A stretch of DNA of 64,000 bases from Tubiluchus corallicola (lineage: Eukaryota > Animalia > Priapulida). Shown in pieces: positions 24,501 through 39,500 of the stretch. A program made the translations under genes and the position numbers. Under the pieces are notes generated by a model that saw only the letters and a program-made list of their open reading frames with translations, was not told the DNA's origin and did not search any database. Within the stretch, counting starts at the first letter, position 1. Each line of letters starts with the position of its first letter. The stretch covers positions 262,447-326,446 of the forward strand of contig JAQGDQ010000013.1 of NCBI GenBank assembly GCA_030141605.1, given 5' to 3'.

Positions 24501-27500
24501 AAATGAAAGGTGTTTTTAAGACACACGTACTATACAAAGTGACAGAGTCAATCGGCTTATTTAACACCAACTTCTTCAGAACAAATAATCAGTGCATATA
24601 TGCACTAATATAAAGTGCATAAGAACAATTCTAATTATGGCAAATAATCTTTGCACATAATGACAAATTGTAACTATGACAAATTATTGTACGAACCAGT
24701 AAGAACCATTCTTTTAACTTGTTATAGATGACATCTGCACCACGTGGCAACCAGCTGTAGAGTAAACCGCCAGAGCGTAAAACAATCCAGCAAACATACA
24801 GACCACAAGCTGCAGTGTATAATTCATGTATGCTAGTATCTCCCATCCATATTGCCATCACTTGCCTTCCAGTCCATACTGCAACATTAGTAATTCAAAG
24901 CAGTTAATTATCACAGAGCAAGAAATGTCAACAATTATTTTCCTACAGTATTATCTGATCGAATGTAATTTACAGGTTGAACTATTATACGTAGATGCAC
25001 AAGATATAACTTGTAAAATCACTAAATGACTCGTGTAACACTATAGCATGAATGTAAGTACAGAGATACCTGGTAACATTAAATGAACTGGAAGTAAAAG
25101 GTTGTCTTAAGTGTATGAGAAAAAAGAAACAAAATCAACACAAATCGCAAAACATCCAAGTCCAAATCCAGGCTTAATTCTTTTCTTGCACATTTTTCAG
25201 CTAATTTTGATGTCGAAATCTTACTAATTGTGGGTTTATCGTATAATGACTCTGAAATTTGTCTCTCTACCTGTTTATTGTTGTGTAACTTAATTTTGAA
25301 CTTTGTTTTGCCAAACTGTGGAATTTTCTAGTGTGAAGTTAAAACCTATTTTTTTGTTAAGTATTGTTAGATCAATGACAAGAAATCTCCCAAAACAAAC
25401 TTGAATAAAAAACATGTTCACAAAAATTGGATTTAGCGGCAATGGTAGTATACCTAACTGATACAATGACTTGAATAAAATTTTAAAAAAGTCAAGTCCT
25501 GACAAAACTGCCCATGGAGAGAATGAGAGAGTCAAGGAGACAAAGACGAAGAGCAAGAGAGAGAGAGAGAGAGAGAGACAGGAAGACAGAGAAGAGAAAG
25601 AAAAGTGGACAACAATTTAAAGCATTATCGACTACAGTTTCAAGCTAATTATGATATAAAAAATGTAGCTGTAACCAAAAATTTGTCTACTGGTTACAAC
25701 AATAATCGAGAAAACGCAGTAATATCATTATTAAAAGAATGTACCTGGTATTATAAGACATACTGTACTACAGAAGAATAACGTTGCCAGCAGCAGCAGT
25801 ATGAGTACCAAAACCTGTAGAAAGTAATTCATCAGATAGCAAAACATTCAAAATACTGTTACACAATAACAGTCAAGTCGTAAACATTTATATATTAATT
25901 ATAATGTACAGCTTTGCATTTTTATCTAAGGCATTTTAATTAGATCATTTAATGCATAGTTTATGGAGAGCTTAGCAACAAAAATCTAAACAAACTCACC
26001 CTAACTCCAAAAAAATTTGGCCGGTTGTATGGTTGGAACCCCGTTGGTCCTCCGCCCTGCAAAATTGCTTGATGCTCAGCTCCTAGACCTTGTAGTCCTT
26101 CTATCGGTGGTAATGGCTGTATATGCTGGACTGGCTCATTGCCATTAATTACGTTCTGGTAAAAAAAATTATGTATCAAGTACACTAATATTACGAAACA
26201 ATATATGGGTCTTGAAATGTTGAATATGACATATATTCTGCTCATTAACACTAAAAAACAGATCAAAAGCAGACAAAACAATTTTGTTCTAGACTCGTCT
26301 ATCAATAAGTATTGAAGATTGGCACAATGTCTGAAATATTAACAATTTTCAAACAAAACATCGCCTACTACGTATTCAATGTTTTAAGTTTTCGGATTGC
26401 AAACATATTTGCACCAAAAACGTGCGTCAGTCTTCTACACAGTGCTTGGTGACTATGCACAACTAGAGATTAGAGAAGACAACTCACATCATACTTATAA
26501 ATAATAATTATTAGATAGTAAATAAATGCTGAAAAAATATGTGTAGCATTATAGAGGTTTCGGTATTTTTAATTATGAACTATGATGAGTCTATGACTTA
26601 TCAGATGCAGAATTAGGTTCAACATAACCTATTTGATCTATTTTTCTATGAAATTATAAAAAAATAAAACTGTGATCAGAAAGAAGACATGTAATAAAAT
26701 TCTGGGCTTGTATAAACTAAATTGTACATTGACATCGGTAGTGAATTACTATATAAACGACAATACAAGATAATGAGGATTCTAGTTTCAGCATAAACAT
26801 TTTCTTACTTCTTCAGTGACTGGAATATCCCCCAGTAGGTACGATCGCAGATTCAGCATCCGTGAGACACCCATGCACCACAGCTTCACCAACTTCTTCA
26901 TCCATTGACGCGTGTGGCTCTGCTCCAGAAGAGCTGGTAAGATGACTTGTAGCAAAAGGAGCTCCAGAGACAGCTCACTTACTGGGGCATCGCTGAAATA
27001 TGTATATTTATCTGTCAAAAGTTCTACCAATGTTTGACAATGATGTCTTTTAAGAAATATTATGAGAAGTATCATCAACAGAGGTTATTAGAAAGAAGAA
27101 GCCAGTTGCAATATTAATGCTGTAACTTAATTTGCCATAAGCTAGTATGACAAAACTGATGTTACTATTAGAGATAACCTCCATTACAGAAGGAACCTTA
27201 AAAGTGTAAGTTATACATAGTAGGTGTTGACTCTCACTTAAATCTTTACCAAATCATTCACAATGTCTTTAATCTTGCAGGATGAAACACGATATTTTAA
27301 AATTACTTTATCTATCTATAGCAAACCAACATGTCCGTGAAATTTTGTAACATTGTTATAGTTCTTGTAATGGAAAACATTTTAACGCATACAAGTTATC
27401 AAAAATTATTATAAACAGGTTCCTCACGAAGTCTTAGTGCTAAAGTAGAGTAAAAAACCTTAAGAACATTTTGTAACACCACGGCTAGTTCTCCCTTAAT

Positions 27501-30500
27501 GAGACTTTCAAATATCTTTGTTGCAATTACGAAACTAGACATATTATAAATGTAAGCTGAGGTAAATAATGAAACACTTAAACAAAGCTGTATGGAACAG
27601 TTTTAGAAATGTGAGAGCTCATGACATCAGACAATACATGGCTAACACTTGATTTTGTAAATCTTTTGAAATTCTCATGCTAACTTTTCACATTGCTTTG
27701 GAAAGTTTTTGTATTTGATTTATTTATTTATTTTTCTCTTTCAAGTTTGTTGGAAATTTGAAGTAAGGTAATGCATGAAAAGTTCTTGTGTATATTTTCA
27801 AAATAACAGACAAATTTTCTTTGTAACTCTTTAAGATTACCGAGCCTTTTAAAAGCAAAAGAAAAGAGAAGTACAACCAACCTAGGTAAGGAGACGTGGT
27901 AAGGCAGAAACGAAGTAAACACTGCTTTAATAAATAGCACGGGTAACCAGAGCATTACAAGAACAGTTGACCCAAACAAAACCATTGAAGCTATTATTCG
28001 TCGGCAGTGCCTATGTGTAGGCAAATGTATCATCTACAAAACAAGAAGAACATAATAATTATGTACATTATTCTTTTGTATGCAAATCTAAGTCATAACA
28101 GCTAAAAAGAATACTTAAAAATTTAACAACAATGACTTAATCACAACAATGCATTATCCTTTTAAGCAAATCATCAAAATTAAATTGCAAAACTGCACAA
28201 GTAAAATGTCAACACTTTTTATTGTATAAGACATTTTTTCACGCTCTCTAGAGTCATCCCGTCATTGAAAAGTTATTTTTGTGTTTGACGTACACTTAAA
28301 ATACACAACTGTACACCAGCAATTTGGTACAAATATGGGCAAACTTTTGTACACCCTAAACTATCGGACATTTAAAGAAAATTCTTGAATTTTGGTGCAG
28401 TAAACTAGTTTACTGCAAAACCTCTTGCAGCATAATAGACAAATACGTACTTCTTGTATAGGATTAAAATTTGGATCATTTAGGTTTCGAAGGAACCACA
28501 AAACTCCGGGTCGCAGTACTTCTCTCAGGAGCAGAATGAATGAAGCAAAGTAAAAGACGTAAATCATTCCAACCAACCAGTGAACAAACATGGTGGTGCC
28601 CGGTGCTGCTTTGAAGTTGGTTAAGCGATCATCCAGTGACGCATCAAATAATGGCTGAAGAGAACAAGAAATACATTTTAAACAGTTCAGTGTAAAACAA
28701 AAAAGAGACTATATCACTTTTTTGTAGGCCACTAAAATGTATAATGTAAATGAAATTACCATTACGTAACAGAAACTTTATGAAATATCGGATAGATAAT
28801 TTTGCCATATCACTTAGACGCAGTAGAAAACAAGAGTTCCATGCTGCTGCTTGGTGAACGTTTTTAATAGCACGATTTCTGAAAATTAGGTGATTGTTAC
28901 ATGCCATTTTAATGACAAAGTGCATGAATAACCGACTTTTACATAAGCAGACGTTTTAATCAGGCAGAAATCGAGGCATGTTTAAAAGAGTTTGGCATAT
29001 GAGCGGTACACAAACCTCATAGTTAGATACAATGCAAAAATTAACCTCATTCCATATAACATTAGTCAAAATTTTAAGATACTAACATATGTTTAATTTT
29101 TGAGTTCCATTTCTGAGCCTTAAATGGTTAGTTGGGCCACTATCTGCACAAAAAATAAACTGCAGCTAAAATCAGAACAGGCAATTTTTATCTTTAAAAA
29201 CCTCATCATTTCTTTTATCGATAATCTTGATCTTCCTGAAAGTTATATTATCGTTATGTGCAGAGACCTACATCTTTGATAGTGCTTTCGGTGACAGTCA
29301 CTCATGAAAAACCCAAAATTAACCCACTTTAGCCTGTCATACTGACCATTACTAAATTTGTTAAAAACTGAATTTTGTTTGAAACTGAAAACAGAAATTT
29401 CAGCAACATATCATTTGCTCATAATTATTTACAAAAAATATTTAATATGAAAAATGACGAATGTGCATTCATGAAATGAAAAACAACCAAATTTTTCTTA
29501 ACTGTTGCCCAAATTACAATATGCTAACTAAGACCAACTACCGAGCCTAACACTTTTCTGCTGGTGTATTTTTAAAACCATGGCTCATGTGCTTCAAAGT
29601 TATCACTCACTAACGAACTTGAATTTTTAATGACTGTATGTAAACTTTGTAAAATGTATCTGTAAATAGTATACCTTAAATCATAATTACAATAACTAAC
29701 AGTGCTGACTAATAAGCAACATTAGTTAGAATTACAACTTACGAGAGAGCAAATGTCTAGCCACCATCCACACATTAATGGAAACATTCCAATCTCTATG
29801 ACAACCAGCAGAGACACTTTGACAACAATGTAGCACATTCCTATTATTCCTTTTATCCTGTAAATATAGTGTTTTTATATTAGATGAGCAAATAATACAT
29901 TCCATACAAGTCAGCACCTGAAATGTGTTGCAGAGTTTTCTTCTTGAGTGTCTGTGGCTAATGCTATAATATCTTTGAGCTTCATTAACAACTGAAAAAC
30001 AAATTTCAAAGAGCGTTGGTCTGTGTGCTGCAGCTTCACACAATTTATAACATGACATGGGTTAACTGCAGAATAGGTTAACTGCCATAGGTTAACTGCA
30101 GAGATATCCTTTTCGACTCTGGTAATTGCAGACAAACTTAGGATTTGTTTAACAAAGATGGAAAAACAAAAAAAAAGTGTGGGGAGATTAAAAAAATTGG
30201 ACACATTACTCACTCATGTTGATTTTCAAGCTTAAGAAATGATAGAGCACAGTAAGTTTTCGCTTAATGACGTTAATGCATTCCAGCAAAATATAAAATG
30301 CAGCGAAAAGCTGTTAAATGAAGACATGTCTTCCTTAGAAAATGACGTAAATCTGCAAGGATGTGTTTCAACTGTCATGCTTTGATCATATCAACCAACC
30401 ATTTTATGAATTTATTACTGACATTTACATGTTCCCTTTTCATTAAACATATCCACTTACTATATAATTTGCAGGTAAAATGATAACAATTTCTGGTGGT

Positions 30501-33500
30501 AAAATTTAATGTTATGCTAATTTTCAAATTTTAGACGCAACTGTCCATTCTAGTTTCTAGACAAAAATGGGTATAGATTTTCCTTCAAATTTTAGATGGA
30601 ACTGTTCATTCTAGTTTCTAGACAAATATGGGTATAGATTTTTCTTCCCGTTTTGTCCTAGCTGCCCTTCCATCCAGCAGCTTCAGTGCAAATAAAAATA
30701 ACTGCAACTGCTAACTCTAACATATGGGTGGGCATCTGTCAGCCCAGTCTTTTTCTCAGACCTGGATTGATGCTGAACAATGATCAACTTCCAAGCTACT
30801 AGCTAACTACATATTTGGCCCTACAAGCTAAATTTCAGACCATCCATGCCTTTAGTACATTATTTCATACAGACAGTGGATGCTATAGCAACAAGCTGCA
30901 GAAACAACATGCAGAATGAACACATTAAGTAGCATTCTATTCTATTAGGTAGCTGGGCATGACCTATGCTCAGGCAGAATAACAGCCTGCAAAACAGGCA
31001 GGCATTGGCATCTTGCATCATCTAGTTTTTTAAATTATAGCACACCAGACAACATTTTAGCACTTCAAGAGCATTTTATAACCGCATTATGCAATGATCA
31101 ACTTCTAGTAGGGACAACAACTCAATGTTCAGTAAGTAAATGGGTGGGAAAATTGTAGTCATAGCAAATTGTAGCTAAATACAACACACTCAAGTGCAGC
31201 CACATTGCATTTTTATTGTTTACTATTTATTTTTTCCACAACTTTCTCCAGAGAATAAAGTTTCGTAAACTATCTGTTCTAAATACAATCATAATTGTAT
31301 AATAAGCTTATCGTTATTAGAACCTTAGTTTTTTAAAGCAATAGCATAATATGCTGTTCATTCTCCAATATTTAAAGGAAAGGCCAAAGCTTCTGGGAAG
31401 TCAAGCTTATTCAAGAGTTCTGAAAAAATGTTAGGCTTTAATAATAAAAGTGTGATAAGCACTTTTCATAATTAGTAAAATCACTTTTAAGTAATGATCA
31501 TTTCACACTTGAGAGCTCCCATTTGAATGTCCATTCTTCCACCAATGACATCATTCATCTGCTGAAGAAAAGCAGTGCACTGTCAATTTCCGTCAAAAGC
31601 ATAACAAGTTTTCACAGAAAACTAGATAGCTAATTTTGTGGTACTTCTGCATGTTCATTATGTATGCTGCAGAAGTGTGAATTAGTCGAAGCCGCACACT
31701 CTGTTGGAAAGCCATGATGTGCTTGCGAAAAGTCACGAAGTCTCCCAGTTATGTTATAATTTTAAAGTGAATGGTGGCAGTCACAGCACCTAAAAATTTC
31801 TATACAGCGGTAGTATAAATTCACTGTATGCTACGTAAACAGACTTTTGGCAAATTTCTTTGCCATATTTTCCTAAGTTTAAGTGATTGCAAATAAAATG
31901 AACCCAACATACCAAGTGAACTGTCCTTTCCTTTGCAAGAAATTGCTTTCTTTTGTACATAGGCTAATTATACTTATTACACTTATTATTTGTACTTAGT
32001 AATGTAAAACAGAATGTAATTATTACTGGAATTACATACTTTAAAACATTTGTTATAGATGCTAGTGCATGTATGAGCACAAGAACGAAGGCTATCAGTA
32101 GATATCCGGTAAGAGTTGTCAGTAAACCTTCAAAACTTGACACAACAAGCTGAAAAAAATAAACATATCACAATTTACGTTAATCGAAACGTATCCCAAT
32201 TTTCAAATATTTTACTAAGGTGTAAGTACTATCAGAGACATAAAGATTTCACTGTCAAAACAGTAATTTGTGTAAATGCTAGTTTTAAACTGAAAAAGTA
32301 TCTAGATTCATGTGTACAATTTTAAAGTTTAGTTAAGGTTTTTTAAATACATGTATACAAAGATGATGAACATGTAAATACAGTAAACCCTCATTATAAC
32401 GGACTTCATATATAACAGACTATTTTTGCTTGTCCGAAATAACAGACTACACTTTAATTATGCCAGATAGGTCATTAATAGACCATTTTATCATTCACTA
32501 AACATAATGTTTGTGTCACAGTCATTAGTGTTTAAGAAGGAAAGAAAGTACACAATCTTATTTGTTAAACAAAAATTGAGCTGGCAAGCTGCTACCAGTT
32601 TCAAGCCTGACTTATCACAGCTCTAATGCTCTGCACTTTTCACACGTCTATAAAAGGCATATGTCTTCACTTAAAATAAGCAAGCATTGCAGAATATTGT
32701 GTTCATATGCATGTGCGTGATTTATGATATTTAGGCTAAAATATACAGTACCAGAGTATCTAAGTGTCACAAATTACTTATTGCAACTAGACTAATTAAC
32801 TACTGGCCATAGTAAACAGACCTGGAAAGAGCCCAATTATAAGTAACTGGAATGATTCTTCATTTTTTTACATTAATTAACGTAAAACTGCCAAATTCAT
32901 GTCCAGTTATCATGATCTCACTTGTTATTTGATTCACAAGTTATATAATTTTTTTCAGGAATTTCTCCCAGTCTTGGAGTGACAACTAGCTGCAGTGCTC
33001 TTGCTTATCATTAAATTAGCAGGTTCAAATGCCACTAGCTTAACTCATCAATTCCAGCATTTGTCTGACTTTGACGCCTAAAATATTAGTTGCAGTTATA
33101 CTGCTAAAAGAAAGTATGTAGTGAACACATACTTATCAACTGCTGTTACATCATTTTGCTTTACGAATTTACTAAATATTCTTAATTCCTAACTGAGTTG
33201 TTATTCTTAATTTAATGTTTTTGGAAATTTTTAGAAAAGAGAAAGCAGGAAAGATAAAAAAAAGAAAGAGGAAAGCACAAGAATAAATTTGTGCATGGCT
33301 CAGATTTAAAACATATTATCTGACGTATTTTTTAAACACAGAACAGAAAATGTGTGTCAGTAGCAAATCAAAATCAACATCTTCGTTCCTAAACAATACA
33401 CACAGCTTGCAAACAGTAGAGTCTATCTGTCAATTCAATTTTTTGTAGCAAAGTTAAATTTTTAAATTATCATTCAAGGGAATTCACAGAAATTTAGTAG

Positions 33501-36500
33501 ACCAAGCATTACATTATATAGCTGAAAGATCCCAACTACTTTTTTGATGGTACAATGTAGTGCCCCTAGCCCAGATTATTGAATGACTGCACAGGCAGCA
33601 TGCATATTGCTCAATTTGACTACTACAAAGAGCAGTGGAGAAACAACCTTTTATGATCACTTCTGCAATAGATTTGCACTAGGCATCTTATTAATATTTT
33701 TAAACAGACTCCTGTTACGCTATCTACAGAAAGAAAATACTCACATATTCTTGAAGTTTGAACCCAACTATTGTAAAATGGCCAATATGGTAAGGACAGA
33801 AAGCTGGAAAATAAACAAAAATTATATTATTGCATAGCTAAATATTGTATAAATTTCCAACAAATATGTGATGCAGTACATTTTTACTTTTAGATTGCTA
33901 ATTACATCATCATTTGCTTTTAAGCAGCAAATTATTAAAACAACAATTATATTTTAAAATATGAAAAGAAAAAGTAGTGGAGACTTTTATTATCAGACTT
34001 ACCAAACACCAAGATAAAAAGCGTATTGAGTGATATCACCCAGAACACATGCTCCTAAATTCAAGAAATAAAAGATTTCAATCATGTATTTATAACCAAA
34101 TACCACAATATTAAAATATTAAACATGTTGATGCATACATAGACATGAATAATTCAATTTGAGTACTGGTGCACTAAATTATCTAAAAAAATGACACGGA
34201 AATATTTTAGACTAAAAAATATCAAAAAATAATTTTTGTCATGTCAATTTTATCAATAAAAACTGTTCTTACTGTCTGCTACAAGTAACAATGTAACGAT
34301 GTAACTTTGTAACAAGTTAGAATGCAGCAATTAACTAGAACATAATTATAATTATTCGACTGCTTAATGCGTAAATTTCTATGAAACCACCAATGACTTA
34401 CAAAAATGCACACGCTAATAGATAAGTGCTATATCTTCTTAACTTACCAAAAATACTAAAGATCCATCCAAACCAAGCAAGCGCTCCCAAGTGAGCTCCT
34501 CACCCGCTCTGTCCCATTCAATGGGATTCCAGTTATTATCATCTATTGTGAATAAAAGTCACTAACAGTCAAATAACAGTGGTCAGAAAACTTAAGTAAT
34601 TTTAATGACTGAAGATATAGGAACAGCTGATGCAATACATAACTTGGCCAAGATGAGGCTTAATAATCATAATTTGAAATTTTAAATCGTAACTGAATGC
34701 AAGAAACTTGTCACGTTAAAGAAAGTTTGGAGTGAGATTTCTTGAATCCACAAACACAAGTTACAGCTCTCTAAGTTAGTAGAGCACCTTATTTAGCTAT
34801 CTGCTCTCTAAAGTGCTAAGCTACGCAATATCGCTTATAATGTCCACAAGACATTTCTGCAATACATCTACAACAATACTGGAAGCAGCATTTTAGACAT
34901 GAGGCTGTACACTAACTGACATAAAATCTATATAATAACTGCCAAAAGAAGCAGCACAAAGTTAGAAACATAATGGAATTGCCAAAAGACTTCATGCGCA
35001 GTTTTTGGAACTGGGCTACTTGCTAACACTTTTTTGTCATTTTTTACATGATATAGAAAAATGAGCAAGAATACTCATCTTTTTTAAAGGCATAATGCAA
35101 TGCCAAAAACATACGCAAAACACCTAATAGGACAAGAAACTTGGATCAAATATATTTAAGACGTACTGTAAAAGTGCAGCTTACTGAGTAAAAACTGGAT
35201 AGCTAACAGCTTGACAAGAAGTTAAGTCAGAAGGAAAAATGAAACAAAAAATCCATCCGTTTCCATTACCTTGGTTGTCATCAGCATTGTTTACTACGGC
35301 AGCATTTTGCTGTGCAGCTACAGCTGGAACATTATCGCCTGCTTGTGCTTGACCGTTGCCAGCTTGCGCTGCTACGTTAACGGCAGCTGCCACATTGCCG
35401 TTCTGCAATATATATTACACTAGTGGGTATGGAATTATGTGTGGAAAAAAATTAATGCTGCTTACGGATAATACACTAGTTGCATTGTCCACCTGTTCCT
35501 TTCAGAAACACGGTATTTCAGTTAAAATGTTAATTTAATACACAATCACTTTCTCACAGTGCAAAACAGGTTCTTATTTGTTTATAAGTTCCTCCATTTA
35601 AGCTGAACTCTTTACATTAATTCCTTAAAATTGCACAGCAAGAATTGTATATGACAAATATGAAAATAAAAATGAGCAGTCCTAAATTTTCATAATTACA
35701 CAGTTAACTGCAAAGATTTTATCTTACTAACTACATAAATTGCACCATTTTGTCGAAATTGTGTAAGCTGAATAGAATGACTGCATAGCTAGCATCAATA
35801 TAGATAAGCTGCATGCATGCCTGGGTTACAGGAATTGTACGAAAGTCGCACACAGGTACTAAAATTATGCTTGCAGTTAAGATCTTTGATTATATGTACG
35901 TTGGTTATGATGGGAAAATGAAAAACGCAGGCAAACAGAGAACTAAACAACGTCGTTACCTGATCTTGACCATCAGCATCAAACGGCATTAGCCACTCGG
36001 GTGCACCTCCATGCAAGATCTGTTCTCGAAGCCAGACGAGACTAATAAATGCACATAATGTGCACATAACAATGAAACAACCTTGGATACAGTCTGTTAG
36101 CAGATGATCCCTAAAATGGTAAAACATAACATTATGTGGGCAACTAAACTGAAACATGCTGCATAAAGTAGGTAGTCATAACAAAATAAGTACTGCTAAT
36201 TAATAATGTCAGTTGATAATATCATTGATCTATGTTTTTAATATGATGAGAAGCAAAACAAGGAGTTTGTTGTCATACTCACGTGGAAAGCATATCAAGC
36301 GGCAGCGTCAAAAGAGAACTCACTGAACCTGTGAAAAGACATCGGTATATCCTGCAAGCCATCAGAGGGACAATACCTAACCATGCAAATGCGACTAGTG
36401 TGTAATGCAGCCAGTATCGTACGGCTGTAGCTATACTGGTTAGTAAACCGCTCACTATGTCTTTGATAGGCAAGCGCTTTGGCATATCTGGAGAATAAAC

Positions 36501-39500
36501 TGCAAAAAAATAAGTGTAGTTGTGAAAATTCCTTATCTATATGATTGCTAAAAGTCAAATTTTTGTATTATGCAAAGTAGTCTAATATTAACAGTACTAA
36601 ACTTGTCAAATTCTTGTATTATGCAAAGTATTCTAATGTTAACAATACTAAACTTGTAAAACATGCATAGTATTTATAACCTGTGATTATAGTGTTCTTG
36701 TGATTCTTACATAAAAATGCAGACCTATATTTTTCATTTGTCTGAAAAATTAATTTTCATACTTCTCAGCATTTTAAGTTTAATGCTTATTTAACTAGTT
36801 CACCAAATTCTTTTCACTCTACTTTAATTTCACTAACTTTAAACACTATATGGCAGTTTTACGTTAAGAAAACAATAAACAAAAGTACTCGTGACAAGAA
36901 AAATATTGTTAATTTACCATCTCTAGTGAAAATTTATATACCTAAAACAGTGAAAGTGAAGTGTTAGAACTAAAGTGGCTACTATGATACTTACTAGGTG
37001 TGAAAATAAACCTGTGCTTGCAAAGCTCGCAATATTCTTTCTTGCTGTACTTTAGCCATTGCAACAAACTAAAAGCACAAAAAGCATAAAACCAATTTTA
37101 GAAAAATGGTGATAACTGGTAAAAACTAAGTAAAAGCTATGTTTTAATGAAAAAGTTCCTAATCACTTTTTCAGAAGAGACAATGTGCTTATTTCTGCAC
37201 ACAGTTTTGTACTTAATGATAAATATTCAGCAAATAATAAATTTCATCTCAATAAAATGACAAGCACTTTACACTGCTAGTTTACATTAACCACTGCTAC
37301 ATCATCTCGTCGTCGTCGTCGTCATCATCATGATCATGATCATAATCATTATCGTCACAATTTTCTTTATAGTCATAAAAATAAGATTATCTTCTATTAA
37401 AATTATCAGTAGTGAAATGTAAGCTACTCTACCATTCTTGATGAATGAATTTTATGCTGCCTGTGCAGATGCAAGGATGATACAATGGCCTATCTTGTGT
37501 ACCTTCCGACCGGCAGACTCTGCAAATATCTATAAAATAAAAAAAACAGAATGAAAAGAACCATAACTGCTGAAGTCAAAATTTATATATATATATCTGT
37601 ATGTAAATATATAATTCTACCTTCGGTCTGATGTCGTCAACCAATTACTAAAATTCATTTTTTCGAAATTTTATGCAAAGTGTAAAAAACTCTGAAAAGT
37701 CTGCCAAAAACCCAAAGAAAGCAACTTGATTACTCCTGAAAAGGTAACTATTAACCAGGGGTCACGGGTCATATATTAAGATAAATCCTACCAGGACAGT
37801 GTGCCCTGTGAGTTTCGTGACCCTAGCCTTATGCGTGTGCACATTATTAAAGAAACAAAAATAGGGGGAATAATAATAACAATAATAAATAAAAACAATA
37901 AAAAACCGGGGGTAATTAGTGAATTAATTTTGCCAGTGGAACAAATGAACAACAACAATATCTGAGCCTATGGTAGAAAAGGTAAAAACATTAATTACAT
38001 CAAGTGCACATGATGTACATAATAGCCTTTGAAATGTTATAAAATTCTTTGAGGCACTATACACTAAACTTCTGAATGTACCTAATTTTGGCTCAGCAGA
38101 GAATGCTTTTTAGAGAGAACACTACTGCTTGTGGATCCTGAACATTAGCATATGACGCTGTGATAATCATGTAACATTTTTTATAGATGAAGGTGTGCTT
38201 TGTATGTGCTATTTGGATGACTGGTCAGTGGTTCCATCTGTTATAATTGAAAAGAAGCAAAATAGTCTGTCATATTTTATGCACTGGTGCTTCCAGCACA
38301 TAGTATTTTTATAATACATTATTAATACAGTGTGCAAACAAATTTACATTTACTACTGTCCAAGAATAAAACGTACAGCAAGTCTCTAGCTTAACGACTT
38401 CCTGTTTAGCGATGTTTCATTTTAACAATGCTGAACATTTGACACCCTTTTCACCCAAAGACACATGTTTCATTTTAACAACGATTTTTTTACTTTGCCG
38501 AAAGCCAACTTTCATTTTATCGACAACTTTTTTACTTAAATTGAAGGATTAAAACGGCAAATATTATGTTATTCCGTTTTAAAAGTGCATTAGTAATGTA
38601 GACAATGCAATTATTATACATGTTTTCGCTTCCCGACTGACTAGTATACTAGCTGCCATTTCTATCACGCGAGACCTGTGAACAAACTTTGAGCAAAGGA
38701 ATTCTACCTGCAACCTGTTCCTATAGCAACCAGACTACATAGTAAATTATACAGTGCTGTTGTACGATAAAATTTTCAAGGTCACCTAATGTAGTATTGG
38801 CTTTGACTCTGCAGTGTTTATTGTTTAAGGGCTGCATAGGCTTAAAGTTTAATGAAAGAGAAACTGCTAACTAGGTAAGTATTGGTAAGAAAGATAGGTG
38901 GTTTCAAGCAAGCAGAAAGAAATTAATTAATAGAAACACTAAGGAAACTCATAAAACTTTTAATTTATAGGATTTGTGCACCATTGATTTTTGCCTCTGG
39001 AATGTATCTCAGTTCTATTACTTTTTATGGAAGGTTTGGTTTCGTTTAACGAAGTTTCGCGTTGCATTTTGCTGGAACGCATTAGCGTCGTTAAGCGAGG
39101 ACTTACTGTAATACAAATTCTATACAAGGCAAAGTGTAAACTAAGCAGTTACTTTAGCAGTTAAAATATAAATTAATAAAATTCAAAGTGAAATTTGATA
39201 AAATGCAGCAAGTCACTGTTATAATTATTTAAATTACCCGAATGCCTTAATGGTAGCCAAAATCAAAATCATATAAATACCAACATAGACTACTGATCCA
39301 AAAAAATGAAACTAATGCTGACCAAAGCACAGGTAGGAGGCTAAAATTTCGTTATATTTTGCCAGAATCTAAGCAGAATCCGGCCATGACACGTTATTTT
39401 TCAAAACACAAACTGATAAACAAATAGGCTGGCAGTGGCACCGCTATACAACATGGATATTTTTACGACTTTAGCTTATGGTATACTTAGAAATCGGTTT

